Shown: positions 29,892-38,600 of the stretch, piece by piece
Position numbering within the stretch: position 1 is the first letter of the stretch
How the letters are laid out: each line of letters starts with the position of its first letter
Assembly: GCA_046538775.1 (NCBI GenBank)
Contig: JBKHIE010000001.1
Coordinates: 1-41,499, forward strand
Length of the DNA: 41,499 bases
DNA from: Candidatus Izemoplasmataceae bacterium
Lineage (GTDB): Bacteria > Bacillota_I > Bacilli_A > Izemoplasmatales > Izemoplasmataceae
Direction: 5' to 3'
Notes under the pieces: generated by a model
The model's database searches: none
The model's input: the letters and a program-made list of their open reading frames with translations, nothing else
What the model was told of the DNA's origin: nothing
Made by a program: the position numbers and the translations under genes

Positions 29892-31016
29892 TCAATCCGT
29901 TTTCACCGGGAGGATGAGTTGAAGCATGTCGTCGTCGTATTCACCGGTAATGACGAACGGACGGATCTCACCTGTAAACTTGACAGTGACCTCGCTGGAA
30001 TTGAATACTTTCAAGGCTTCAAGGAAGTATTTTGAGCTGAACGCGATTTTTATCGGGGATCCGACCACTTCATCAACCGGATAGACTTCTTCAAGCACAC
30101 GTCCGATTTCAGGTGAATTAGAAGATATTTCCACGGTGTCGTCCTGGCGCATGTTCAATTTCACAATGGCGTTTTGGCCGTCCCGGCTGGAAAGCAGGCT
30201 TGCCCGTTCGACAGAAGTGATCAACTGCTCCTTGTTGAACTTGATCTGGACCGGGAATTCCTGAGGGATGAGCTTTGAAGTCTCAGGATAGTTTCCTTCA
30301 AGCAGACGGGTCTGGAATAGGATGTTCTTGTACTTGACCAGCACTTGCGACTGATCAAAGTGAAGCTCGACGTCGCTTTGGTTATCTTCTAGAATCCGCA
30401 TCAGCTCTTCAAGGCTTCGACCGGGAACGATGACATTCATCTTGTCGTAGCTGTCTTCGAGCGGGATGGTTTTCTGGCTCAGGCGGTAACTGTCGGTCGC
30501 AACCCCGTTCAAACGGTCCCCGTCGATGGTGAGGTGGACGCCCGTCAGAATGGGGCGGTTTTCGATGCTGGATGTCGCAAACGCGGTCTGTCTGATCAAG
30601 GTCTTGAAGGTCCGGACATTGATCTTGACGAATGATTCCTTTTCTTTAAAGGAAAGTTCAGGGTAATCATCAAGGTCAAGGGTGTTCAGTGTGATATCCG
30701 AATGATCCGCCTCGATCCTGAGAAGATTATCTTCCGCTTTGGTGAACGATACTGTCTGCCCGTCAAGTTTCCGGATGATTTCGATGAAGTATTTTCCGGG
30801 GATGAGTGCCGAGCCTTTTTCCTCGACATTTAGACCGGCATCTTCAATCGCGATCTTGATCGAGATGTCCGAGTTGCTCGTGATGATGGTCAACCCTGAA
30901 TCCTCGACATCCATCTTGACACCTTGAAGCGCTGGGTTCGGAGTCTTGTTTGATAAAGCTTTTTGGGCAATCAACAAATGGTAGAGCAGTTTGTCCTTAT
31001 TAATCTCAAATCGCAT
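29892..31016 (-). CDS. dnaN: DNA polymerase III beta sliding clamp
   Basis: 374 aa with a three-domain beta-clamp pattern and an MRFEINKDKLL N-terminus. AGAAGGTGG RBS. Confidence 0.95.
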   Translation of the reverse strand: MRFEINKDKLLYHLLIAQKALSNKTPNPALQGVKMDVEDSGLTIITSNSDISIKIAIEDAGLNVEEKGSALIPGKYFIEIIRKLDGQTVSFTKAEDNLLRIEADHSDITLNTLDLDDYPELSFKEKESFVKINVRTFKTLIRQTAFATSSIENRPILTGVHLTIDGDRLNGVATDSYRLSQKTIPLEDSYDKMNVIVPGRSLEELMRILEDNQSDVELHFDQSQVLVKYKNILFQTRLLEGNYPETSKLIPQEFPVQIKFNKEQLITSVERASLLSSRDGQNAIVKLNMRQDDTVEISSNSPEIGRVLEEVYPVDEVVGSPIKIAFSSKYFLEALKVFNSSEVTVKFTGEIRPFVITGEYDDDMLQLILPVKTD

Positions 31017-31030
31017 GTGACCACCTTCTG

Positions 31031-31087
31031 TTAATTAATTTTATTTTTAATGATTATTGTTATTAGGGGTTGTGGATATGTGGATAT
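31031..31087 (-). other. oriC unwinding module: two tandem DnaA boxes, a GC cluster, DnaA-trio-like repeats and an AT-rich DUE
   Basis: Read on the minus strand: ATATCCACA (31087-31079), ATATCCACA (31079-31071, sharing one base), A-CCCC, TAA-TAA-CAA-TAA (31065-31054), then an uninterrupted AT-rich run down to about 31031. Confidence 0.7.
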
Positions 31088-31129
31088 CTAACCTATTGTA
31101 CCATATTTTAGCGCTTTTGTGGGTTTAAT

Positions 31130-32509
31130 TTAGCTATTTTCTCCACATTTGTGCTTTAATTTCTCCACATCCCTTTTAAGGTTGTGGTCAATCTGCAATT
31201 CATTGGATACTTTTTCACAAGAATGCATCACGGTTGAATGGTCCCTGTTCATGAAATAATTGCCGATGCGTTTGTAGGGGAGGTCAAAGAGGTCCTTGAT
31301 GAGATACATGGCGATTTGCCTGGGATAAAGGTAGATGCGCTTGCGTTTTTTCGACACCAGGTCGCTTGTTGAGATGTTGTAGTAATCGCTGACCACGCTC
31401 ATCAGATTCTGAATCCGGTCCTTGATGAAATCCTTTGAGCTCTTTTTCGGTTGGATCAAGTTTTCCAGTGCGACCTCGGCGTTCTTGATGGTAAAATCGA
31501 AATTGAAGGCGGTGCAGTAGAACAGCACCCTTTTCAAGGCGCCTTCGAGTTCGCGGACGTTGTTGTCGAACACGCTGGCGATGTATTCGATGACTTTTTG
31601 TGGGAAAAGCTCGGCATCGTTGGTCTCGGCCTTGAGTTTCTTCTCAAGGATCTTGATCCGGTGTTCAAGGTCGGGCCGGTTGATATCGACCGTGACGCCC
31701 CATGCGAAGCGGGAAGTGAGCCTTGACATGATGTCCCTCAAGTCGGAGGCCTTACGGTCGGAGGTGATCACAATCTGTTTTTGCTGGCTATGAAGAAGCT
31801 CGAAAAGCTTGAAAAACTCCTCTTGCGACTTTTCCTTCTTAGCCAGGAACTGGATGTCATCGACCAAGAGAACGTCGACATTGCGATACATCTCATTGAA
31901 CTCGTGGTATTTCTTCTTGCTTGAATATTTGACGTAGTCCTCGACGAACTGGTCGGCTTTGACATAGAGGACACGGGTGTTGATGTCCCCTTCCAGGATG
32001 TAGTTGCCAACCCCTTGCATGAGATGGGTCTTGCCGAGTCCCACATCACCGAAGATGTAAAGGGGATTCGCGACGACACCGGGCTGGTCTGCGACTTTTA
32101 GGGCCGATGTATAGGCGAGCCGGTTTGAGTTTCCTACTACGAAGTTCCTGAATGTATAAGAAGAATTCAAATTCGTGTTCAAATACCGTTCATCATGGGT
32201 GGGATGATCGGGTTGGTTGATTTCATAGGACTGCTCCTGTTGGAGTTCTTCTTCGGCTTCATCACGGGTGAGGAGTCGGTATTCGTGGCGGTCGCTGACA
32301 TAGTTTTCAAGCAACCGGTTCATCCGTCCAAGATAGAGCATCTCAATCCTTTTCTTGATGAAATCGTTCTCTACGATAAGGTAAATATAATTGTTTCGCA
32401 CTTTAAAGACCGAATCCACGGATTCGAAGATTTCTTCAAAGGTATTGTTTTCAAGCTGACTGGCGAGATCGTCTTTCACCTCGTGCCAAATTTCAGTGTG
32501 TTGGTCCAT
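31130..32509 (-). CDS. dnaA: chromosomal replication initiator protein DnaA
   Basis: AAA+ domain with GDVGLGKTHL, Walker B LLVDDIQF and sensor/box VII motifs, plus the C-terminal DNA-binding domain (...YLIKDL...IGNYFMNRDHSTVMH). GAGGTGA RBS. Confidence 0.97.
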   Translation of the reverse strand: MDQHTEIWHEVKDDLASQLENNTFEEIFESVDSVFKVRNNYIYLIVENDFIKKRIEMLYLGRMNRLLENYVSDRHEYRLLTRDEAEEELQQEQSYEINQPDHPTHDERYLNTNLNSSYTFRNFVVGNSNRLAYTSALKVADQPGVVANPLYIFGDVGLGKTHLMQGVGNYILEGDINTRVLYVKADQFVEDYVKYSSKKKYHEFNEMYRNVDVLLVDDIQFLAKKEKSQEEFFKLFELLHSQQKQIVITSDRKASDLRDIMSRLTSRFAWGVTVDINRPDLEHRIKILEKKLKAETNDAELFPQKVIEYIASVFDNNVRELEGALKRVLFYCTAFNFDFTIKNAEVALENLIQPKKSSKDFIKDRIQNLMSVVSDYYNISTSDLVSKKRKRIYLYPRQIAMYLIKDLFDLPYKRIGNYFMNRDHSTVMHSCEKVSNELQIDHNLKRDVEKLKHKCGENS

Positions 32510-32571
32510 TAATGCATCACCTCATGTTTAAATCCAGTTTAGCATAGGAAAAACGTTATAAAAACATATAT

Positions 32572-32764
32572 TTATCTACAGAAAATGTGGAAAACTTTTT
32601 TTAGACACAGTGCTTGTGTACATATGTACACAGAGTTTAACAGCTTTATAAAGGGATTTCAAGAGTTTTATACTTATCCACATCACAGGGTTTTCCCCAT
32701 CTCCACATTTCCACATTCCTGTTTGTGCAAAGAGTTTATCCAAGGGCTTTTGAAGTGTGGAAAA
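32572..32764. promoter_or_regulatory. oriC upstream DnaA-box cluster (dnaA-rpmH intergenic)
   Basis: One perfect TTATCCACA (32674-32682). Near-consensus boxes: TTATCTACA (32572-32580), TTTTCCACA on the minus strand (32586-32594 and 32756-32764), ATCTCCACA (32699-32707), ATTTCCACA (32707-32715) and TTATCCAAG (32736-32744). Confidence 0.75.
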
Positions 32765-32808
32765 CTTGTTTGAAAAAATTTTTAAATAAGGATATCGGTA
32801 AATAACGG

Positions 32809-32837
32809 TTGACACCAGCTATCAATTTATATATAAT
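32809..32837 (+). promoter_or_regulatory. consensus sigma-A promoter of rpmH-rnpA
   Basis: TTGACA (32809-32814), 17-nt spacer, TATAAT (32832-32837). Confidence 0.7.
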
Positions 32838-32878
32838 TTATAAGCGTAGTTTTTAAAACGCCTTAGGAGGTGTTGACG

Positions 32879-33013
32879 GTGAAACGCACTTATCAACCCA
32901 ATACGCGCAAAAAAGCAAAAAAACACGGATTCCGTGCAAGGATGTCCTCACCCGACGGACGCAAGATCCTTTCCAGAAGACGTCACAAGAAACGCAAACG
33001 TCTGACTGCCTAA
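32879..33013 (+). CDS. rpmH: 50S ribosomal protein L34
   Basis: Not in the ORF track because it is under 60 aa. A GTG 8 nt after AGGAGG encodes [44 protein letters not shown], a canonical L34 sequence. Confidence 0.93.
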   Translation: MKRTYQPNTRKKAKKHGFRARMSSPDGRKILSRRRHKKRKRLTA

Positions 33014-33051
33014 AAAAAGCATACCCCGAACCATCATAATCTTAAACCCGC

Positions 33052-33085
33052 AAACACCTGAAGAGATTATCTTTTAGGTGTTTTT
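33052..33085 (+). terminator. hairpin plus T-run between rpmH and rnpA (possible partial terminator or attenuator)
   Basis: AAACACCT / AGGTGTTT 8-bp stem (33052-33059 / 33076-33083) with inner AAGA/TCTT pairing, followed by TT-AATTT. The T-run is short. Confidence 0.45.
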
Positions 33086-33104
33086 AATTTGGGGAGGCAA
33101 ACGG

Positions 33105-33449
33105 ATGGAAAAGAAGTATCGCATCAAAGATTCGAAGCGGATCCAGTCGATTCTCAACACCCGCAGGAAAACCTATGACGGGTGCTTTTCGGTATACGTT
33201 GATGCCAACGAGGTGAACCATATCCGGTATGCGCTGAGTGTAGGCAAGAAATTCGGAAACGCCGTGAAACGCAACAAGGTCAAAAGGCGGATCCGGATGA
33301 TCCTGCACACCCATCTGGAGAAGGACACCCCTATGGATGTATTCATCATCATCCGTCCGGATGCTGCGAATCTGACGTATGGATCCATCGAGAAACGACT
33401 CATTAAATTATTAAAGGCACATAAATTAATCAGAGGTGAAAAGAAATGA
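33105..33449 (+). CDS. rnpA: ribonuclease P protein component
   Basis: A basic 114-aa protein with FGNAVKRNKVKRRIR (RNR-type motif), directly after rpmH. GGGGAGG RBS before the ATG at 33105. Confidence 0.9.
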   Translation: MEKKYRIKDSKRIQSILNTRRKTYDGCFSVYVDANEVNHIRYALSVGKKFGNAVKRNKVKRRIRMILHTHLEKDTPMDVFIIIRPDAANLTYGSIEKRLIKLLKAHKLIRGEKK

Positions 33450-34321
33450 ACAAGAGAATGACAATGAAAGTATTACTCCTAGTAGTCACATTGGCACTTG
33501 TGGTGACCCTTGCAGGGTGCGATGTCGAGCATTACGACCAGTCCATCGACGCTGAAGGCGGATTTGGCTGGATGCAGTGGATTGTCACCAAGCTTGCGGA
33601 ACTGACCTATAACATCTCCAGGTTTGCCGGAGGCTATTACATCGTCGGCCTGTTCACCGTGACACTCATCATCCGTATCATCGGGTGGCCCATCTACTCC
33701 AAGAGCACCGCAATGAGTGCGAACATGCAGATCGCCCAACCGGAACTCGAACGTCTTAAAGAGAAATACCAGGACAAGAAGGATGAAGCATCGCAAAGAC
33801 AGTATCAACAGGAAATGATGCAGATCTATAAGAAATACAACATCAATCCCCTCGGTTGCCTCTTCCCCTTCCTCCAGATGCCGATCTTCATCGCCATGTA
33901 TCAAGTGGTCAGACGGCTCCCGAGAACCGACCGTTTCCAAGACATCGACTTCGAGTTTGCGTTCCTTGACTTCCAAGCGGGAAATCCCATGGATGCGGGC
34001 GTGACGTTCAGCTTTGCAGACCACTGGATCAACATCCTGATGGCCGCCATCGTCGGAGCCACCATGTATTTCTATCAGCGTTATGCGATGAAGAAGCCGG
34101 AATACCTTCAAAACAAGAAATACCAGTCGGCCCAGGCTGAACAGTCCCAGAAGACGATGAAGTACATGACCTATTTCATGGTCGTCATGCTTACATCGAT
34201 CGCTTTCACAAACCTCGGTATCGCCTTCTACTGGATCATCGGTAACCTCTTCCAGTTCTTACAGACATATGTCAACCGCAAGAAGACCTACAAACGACAC
34301 TTTGAACAAAATCTAACGTAA
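33446..34321 (+). CDS. yidC: membrane protein insertase YidC/Oxa1 (lipoprotein type)
   Basis: Lipobox LAGC after the signal peptide and conserved YidC core helices (...PLGCLFPFLQMPIFIAMY...). ATGA overlap with rnpA. Confidence 0.93.
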   Translation: MNKRMTMKVLLLVVTLALVVTLAGCDVEHYDQSIDAEGGFGWMQWIVTKLAELTYNISRFAGGYYIVGLFTVTLIIRIIGWPIYSKSTAMSANMQIAQPELERLKEKYQDKKDEASQRQYQQEMMQIYKKYNINPLGCLFPFLQMPIFIAMYQVVRRLPRTDRFQDIDFEFAFLDFQAGNPMDAGVTFSFADHWINILMAAIVGATMYFYQRYAMKKPEYLQNKKYQSAQAEQSQKTMKYMTYFMVVMLTSIAFTNLGIAFYWIIGNLFQFLQTYVNRKKTYKRHFEQNLT

Positions 34322-34332
34322 AGGTGATTCTT

Positions 34333-34947
34333 ATGAAATCCATTTCTTTTGAAGCAAAATCACTGGATGAAGCGAAAGCATATGCGGAAGAACAACTGCG
34401 CATCGGTAGACGCTACCTTGTCTTCGATACCGAAGCGAAACGAAGCATGTTCGGCTTTAAGAAAAGTTTCACCGTAACCGCGAAAGTGGATGTGGACCTT
34501 GTGAAGCTTGGAAAAGACACCCTCGAAACCATGTTCAAGAACATGGACATAAAGGCCACGGTCACGGTTGCTGAAGGTGAGGACAAGGACATTGTCTACC
34601 GCATCGAGACCGATGAGAATCCTGTCCTGATCGGCAAGAACGGCAAGACCCTGGACAGCCTTCAATTCTACATCCGAAACCTCTTGAACATCTTTACCGA
34701 CGAGAAGGTCATCGTGCTGGTCGATATCGGCGGATACAAGGCCCAAAGACAAAAACAGCTTGAAATCCTTGCGACCAAGACCGCCAAGGAAGTGGCACGG
34801 AGCCGGGTCCCGGTCAAACTCGACCCGATGAATGCCTATGAACGCAGAATCATCCATACCAAACTCTCCGAATGGCGGGATGTGACCACCCGAAGCGAGG
34901 GTGAGAAACAGAACCGCCATCTCGTCATCGAGCCCAAGAAAAAATGA
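34333..34947 (+). CDS. jag: RNA-binding protein Jag/KhpB (KH + R3H domains)
   Basis: Jag N-domain, a KH-like middle region and a C-terminal R3H (MNAYERRIIHTKLSEW). It occupies the canonical position after yidC. AAGGTGA RBS before the ATG at 34333. Confidence 0.88.
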   Translation: MKSISFEAKSLDEAKAYAEEQLRIGRRYLVFDTEAKRSMFGFKKSFTVTAKVDVDLVKLGKDTLETMFKNMDIKATVTVAEGEDKDIVYRIETDENPVLIGKNGKTLDSLQFYIRNLLNIFTDEKVIVLVDIGGYKAQRQKQLEILATKTAKEVARSRVPVKLDPMNAYERRIIHTKLSEWRDVTTRSEGEKQNRHLVIEPKKK

Positions 34948-35507
34948 AACTGATCGTCGGACTTGGCAATCCAGGGAAGAAGTATGCCAGGACCCGCCAC
35001 AACATCGGCTTCATGTGTCTGGATGCGTTCGCCCATAAACACAGCCTTACGTTCGCCTATGACAAGAAGTTCATCGGCGAGGTGGCGCGGTTTGAAGACA
35101 CGCTGCTTCTGAAACCGACCACCTACATGAACCTCTCAGGCAATGCGGTCGCCCCCATGGTCGATTACTATGACATCGCGACGGAAGACATCCTGGTCAT
35201 CTATGACGACCTTGACCTGCCAACCGCGAAGATCCGTCTTCGCTATCAGGGCGGAAGCGGCGGACACAAGGGCATGGCGTCCCTGATCGCGGCTTTGGGG
35301 AGCGAGACCTTCAAACGCATCAAGTTCGGGATTTCGAAACCGGCCTCCAAAGAAACCAGGGATTACGTCCTTTCCCGTTTCCATAAAAGCGAGGGCGACG
35401 ACGTCATCGCCGCCATCGAGCGTGTCATCGGCGCGATGCGTGAATTTGTGGATGGTGTCCCCTTCTCAAACATCATGAACACCTATAACCAGGATGAAAA
35501 GCTATAA
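34944..35507 (+). CDS. pth: peptidyl-tRNA hydrolase
   Basis: MKLIVGLGNPGKKYARTRHNIGFM canonical N-terminus. ATGA overlap with jag. Confidence 0.95.
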   Translation: MKLIVGLGNPGKKYARTRHNIGFMCLDAFAHKHSLTFAYDKKFIGEVARFEDTLLLKPTTYMNLSGNAVAPMVDYYDIATEDILVIYDDLDLPTAKIRLRYQGGSGGHKGMASLIAALGSETFKRIKFGISKPASKETRDYVLSRFHKSEGDDVIAAIERVIGAMREFVDGVPFSNIMNTYNQDEKL

Positions 35508-35519
35508 ACAAGCATAGCA

Positions 35520-35550
35520 CCCAGGGCCTCAAGGCCTTGGGTTTTCTTTT
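35520..35550 (+). terminator. intrinsic terminator after pth
   Basis: 9-bp stem CCCAGGGCC / GGCCTTGGG (one G-U pair) with a 4-nt loop, followed by TTTTCTTTT. Confidence 0.65.
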
Positions 35551-35643
35551 ACATTTGTGGTCATTATATCAAGACCATGGTAAAATAAGACTGGATTAAC
35601 CCCCGGGCATTCACCATGCCCGCTTGTCTACGTGGAGGTAACG

Positions 35644-38600
35644 ATGAAAGCCTTGCTCAATCATTTGAAAAAATCGGATTTCTTTAAGTCCCTGGACGCT
35701 TTACTGACCGAGGACAAAATCGAAATCAACGATACGAACGATCCGCTCAACATGGTGCTGATCCATTACATCTTCACCCATAGCGACCGGTCTGTGCTGG
35801 TGGTGAACCACAACCTCTATCACGCCCAGAAAACATACGACACCCTGGGAAACATGGATATCACACCGCGCTTCTTCCCGCAGGATGAGTTTCTGACGAC
35901 CGACATGCTTGCGATGAGTGAAGACCTCAAATTCCAGCGTCTCGATACCATCAAGGCGTTGCTTTGGGAACAAAAAGAGCTCGTCATCACCCATCCTACG
36001 GGCCTGCTTAAGTACCTTCCGCCCAAATCCGCTTTCAAAGAAGTCTCCGAAACCTTTCGTAAAGGGGATGAGATCGAGCCTGACGCATTGATCGCCAAAC
36101 TGGTGGCGATGGGCTATACCCACGCCACCGAGGTCGAGAAGGTCGGGGATTATGCCAAGCGCGGAAGCATCGTCGATGTGTTCCCAATGGGTTATGAAGA
36201 ACCCGTGCGTTTCGACTTCTTCGATATCGAGATTGATTCCATTCGCTTGTTTGATGTCAACAGTCAAAGGTCCAAAGCCAGTGTGGCCTCGGTCACGCTT
36301 TTTCCACGGACAGAATTCTTCTATGACGATGCGACGTTCAAGGCGATGGAAGAGTCCATCAAGGACAAGATTGACAAGGGGGATTTCAGCGATCAGACCG
36401 TCGAACGCGTCGAGGACGAGCTCATCGCGCTTCAAAACCGGGATGAACCCGACCGGTTCGCCCGGTACATGGGTTTTGCGTACGACCATACAGAAACCCT
36501 GAGCGAGTACATGAACGACCCGCTTGTCATCCATATCAACCATGAGGATGTGAAGGCGACCTATGCGCAGATTGTGGCGGACTTGTCCGATTGGATGGTT
36601 GAAAACGGGGATTATCCGTCCATAGGCTTCGAATTCCTTAAGGATTTCGACCGCCTCTACCATTTCAAGGAAGTAAGGCTCAACACCTTTGAAAGTCCGA
36701 AACCGCTTAAAAACCGGATATCACTCCGTGCCAAGCAAGCCATCCAATACGCCGGAAACATGCAGATGCTGCTTAAGGACCTGAGGAAATACCAGGGGCA
36801 TGTGACGACCCTGGTCGCCTCGAGCGACAAAGACCGTCTAAATACCCTTAAAGACCTGCTTGAGGAAAAAGGCCTCTCCTATAAACTTCTCGGGAAAAAG
36901 GACACCGCGTTCGAAAAGACCATTAACCTGGTCCATGAGGCGATCCCTGTCGCTTTTGAGTGGTTCGATGTCAACACCCTGGTCTTGAATGACCAGGCCC
37001 TCTTTGAGATCACCCATACGCGAAAACCGAAAAAGCAAAAAGCCGTTTTCAAGGATACGGAAAAACTGACGCGTCCCGAAGAACTCAAAAAGGGCGATTA
37101 CGTGGTGCACTATGATCACGGGATAGGGCGTTATCTGGGCATCAAGACCATGACGTTCCAAGACCAGACAAACGACTACATCACCATCGCCTACAAAGGG
37201 GATGACACCTTATACATCCCAGTCGAGAACATCCATCTCATCCAGAAATACAGCGCCCACGAGGGCGTGCGACCGAAGATCAACAAACTCGGCAGTGCCG
37301 ATTGGGCCAAGACCAAGCAGCGGGTCAGGAAAAAGGCCAGGAACATCGCCGGACAACTGATCGAGCTATACGCCAAACGCGAAGAGGCTGAAGGGTTCGC
37401 CTTCAGTTCCGATCTGGACATGATGACGCCATTCGAGTCCGATTTTCCTTACGAGGAGACCGAAGACCAGCTCAAAGCCATCGAGGCGGTCAAGCAGGAT
37501 ATGGAAAAACCCACACCCATGGACCGGCTCATCTGCGGGGATGTGGGCTATGGCAAGACCGAAGTCGCCTTAAGGGCGACATTCAAGGCCGTCCTTGACA
37601 ACAAGCAGGTCGCCTACCTCGCCCCCACGACCATCCTTACCCGCCAGCACTTCTATACGTTCAAGCGCCGGCTTGCCAAACACGGCATCAAAGTCGCCCT
37701 CCTCAACCGGTTTGTGAGCGGGAAAAGGCAGCGGGAATACCTGGAAGGCATACGAACGGGGAAGATCGATGTGGTCATCGGGACCCATCGCATCCTTTCA
37801 AGGGACATCGATTTTCATGACCTAGGGCTTCTGATTGTCGATGAGGAACAGCGTTTCGGCGTGGAGCACAAAGAGAAGATCAAGGCCATGAAGCTCCATG
37901 TCGATGTGCTTTCGCTGTCCGCGACCCCGATTCCAAGGACGCTGCAGATGGCCATGACCGGCGTCAAGCAGATGAGTCTGATCGAAACCCCGCCCAAAGA
38001 CCGCTTCCCGATCCAGACCTACGTCCTAAGACGCAACAACCACGTCATCCAGGACGCCATCGAGCGGGAACTCGGACGGCATGGCCAGGTGTTCTACCTT
38101 TACAACAGGGTGGAAGACATCGATGAAATCAAGGATGAACTGGACGCGCTTGTACCGGACGCCCGGGTCATCTATGCCCACGGCAAGATGAACCGCAACC
38201 AGCTCGAACGTGTCATGCAGGCGTTCTTGGACCACGAATACGATGTGCTCGTCTCCACGACCATCATCGAGACCGGCATCGACATCCAAAACGCCAATAC
38301 GCTCATCGTCCACGATTCCGATAAACTGGGCCTTTCCCAGCTCTATCAGATAAGGGGACGGGTCGGCAGAAGCAACCGCATCGCCTACAGCTATCTCATG
38401 TACGACAAACATAAGCAGCTGAACGAGGAGGCCGCAAAAAGGCTTCAGGCCATCAAGGAATTCACTGAGCTCGGGAGTGGCTACAAGATTGCGGCCCGCG
38501 ACCTTGCGATCCGTGGTGCGGGGGACCTGCTTGGGACCGAACAATCCGGATTCATCGACAGTGTCGGCATCGAGATGTTCTTGGAGATCCTGAAAGAGGA

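Noticed and set aside
32576-32815. 79-aa and 62-aa ORFs in the dnaA-rpmH spacer
   Set aside because: The region is packed with DnaA boxes and promoter elements. The ORFs have no RBS and are implausibly Cys/His/Phe-rich. I interpret this DNA as non-coding origin sequence.
35604-35622. 7-bp hairpin CGGGCAT-TCACC-ATGCCCG in the mfd 5' UTR
   Set aside because: It has no following U-tract and resembles no riboswitch or leader class I know. It is probably an incidental or mRNA-stabilising stem and is too weak to call.
35701-36663. 320-aa ORF antisense to mfd, plus a second 306-aa antisense ORF at 38026-38946
   Set aside because: Both lie entirely inside the well-supported mfd reading frame. Neither has an RBS or recognisable domains, and the composition is low-complexity and Val/Asp/Gly/His-rich. 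These are typical shadow ORFs of a codon-biased gene.
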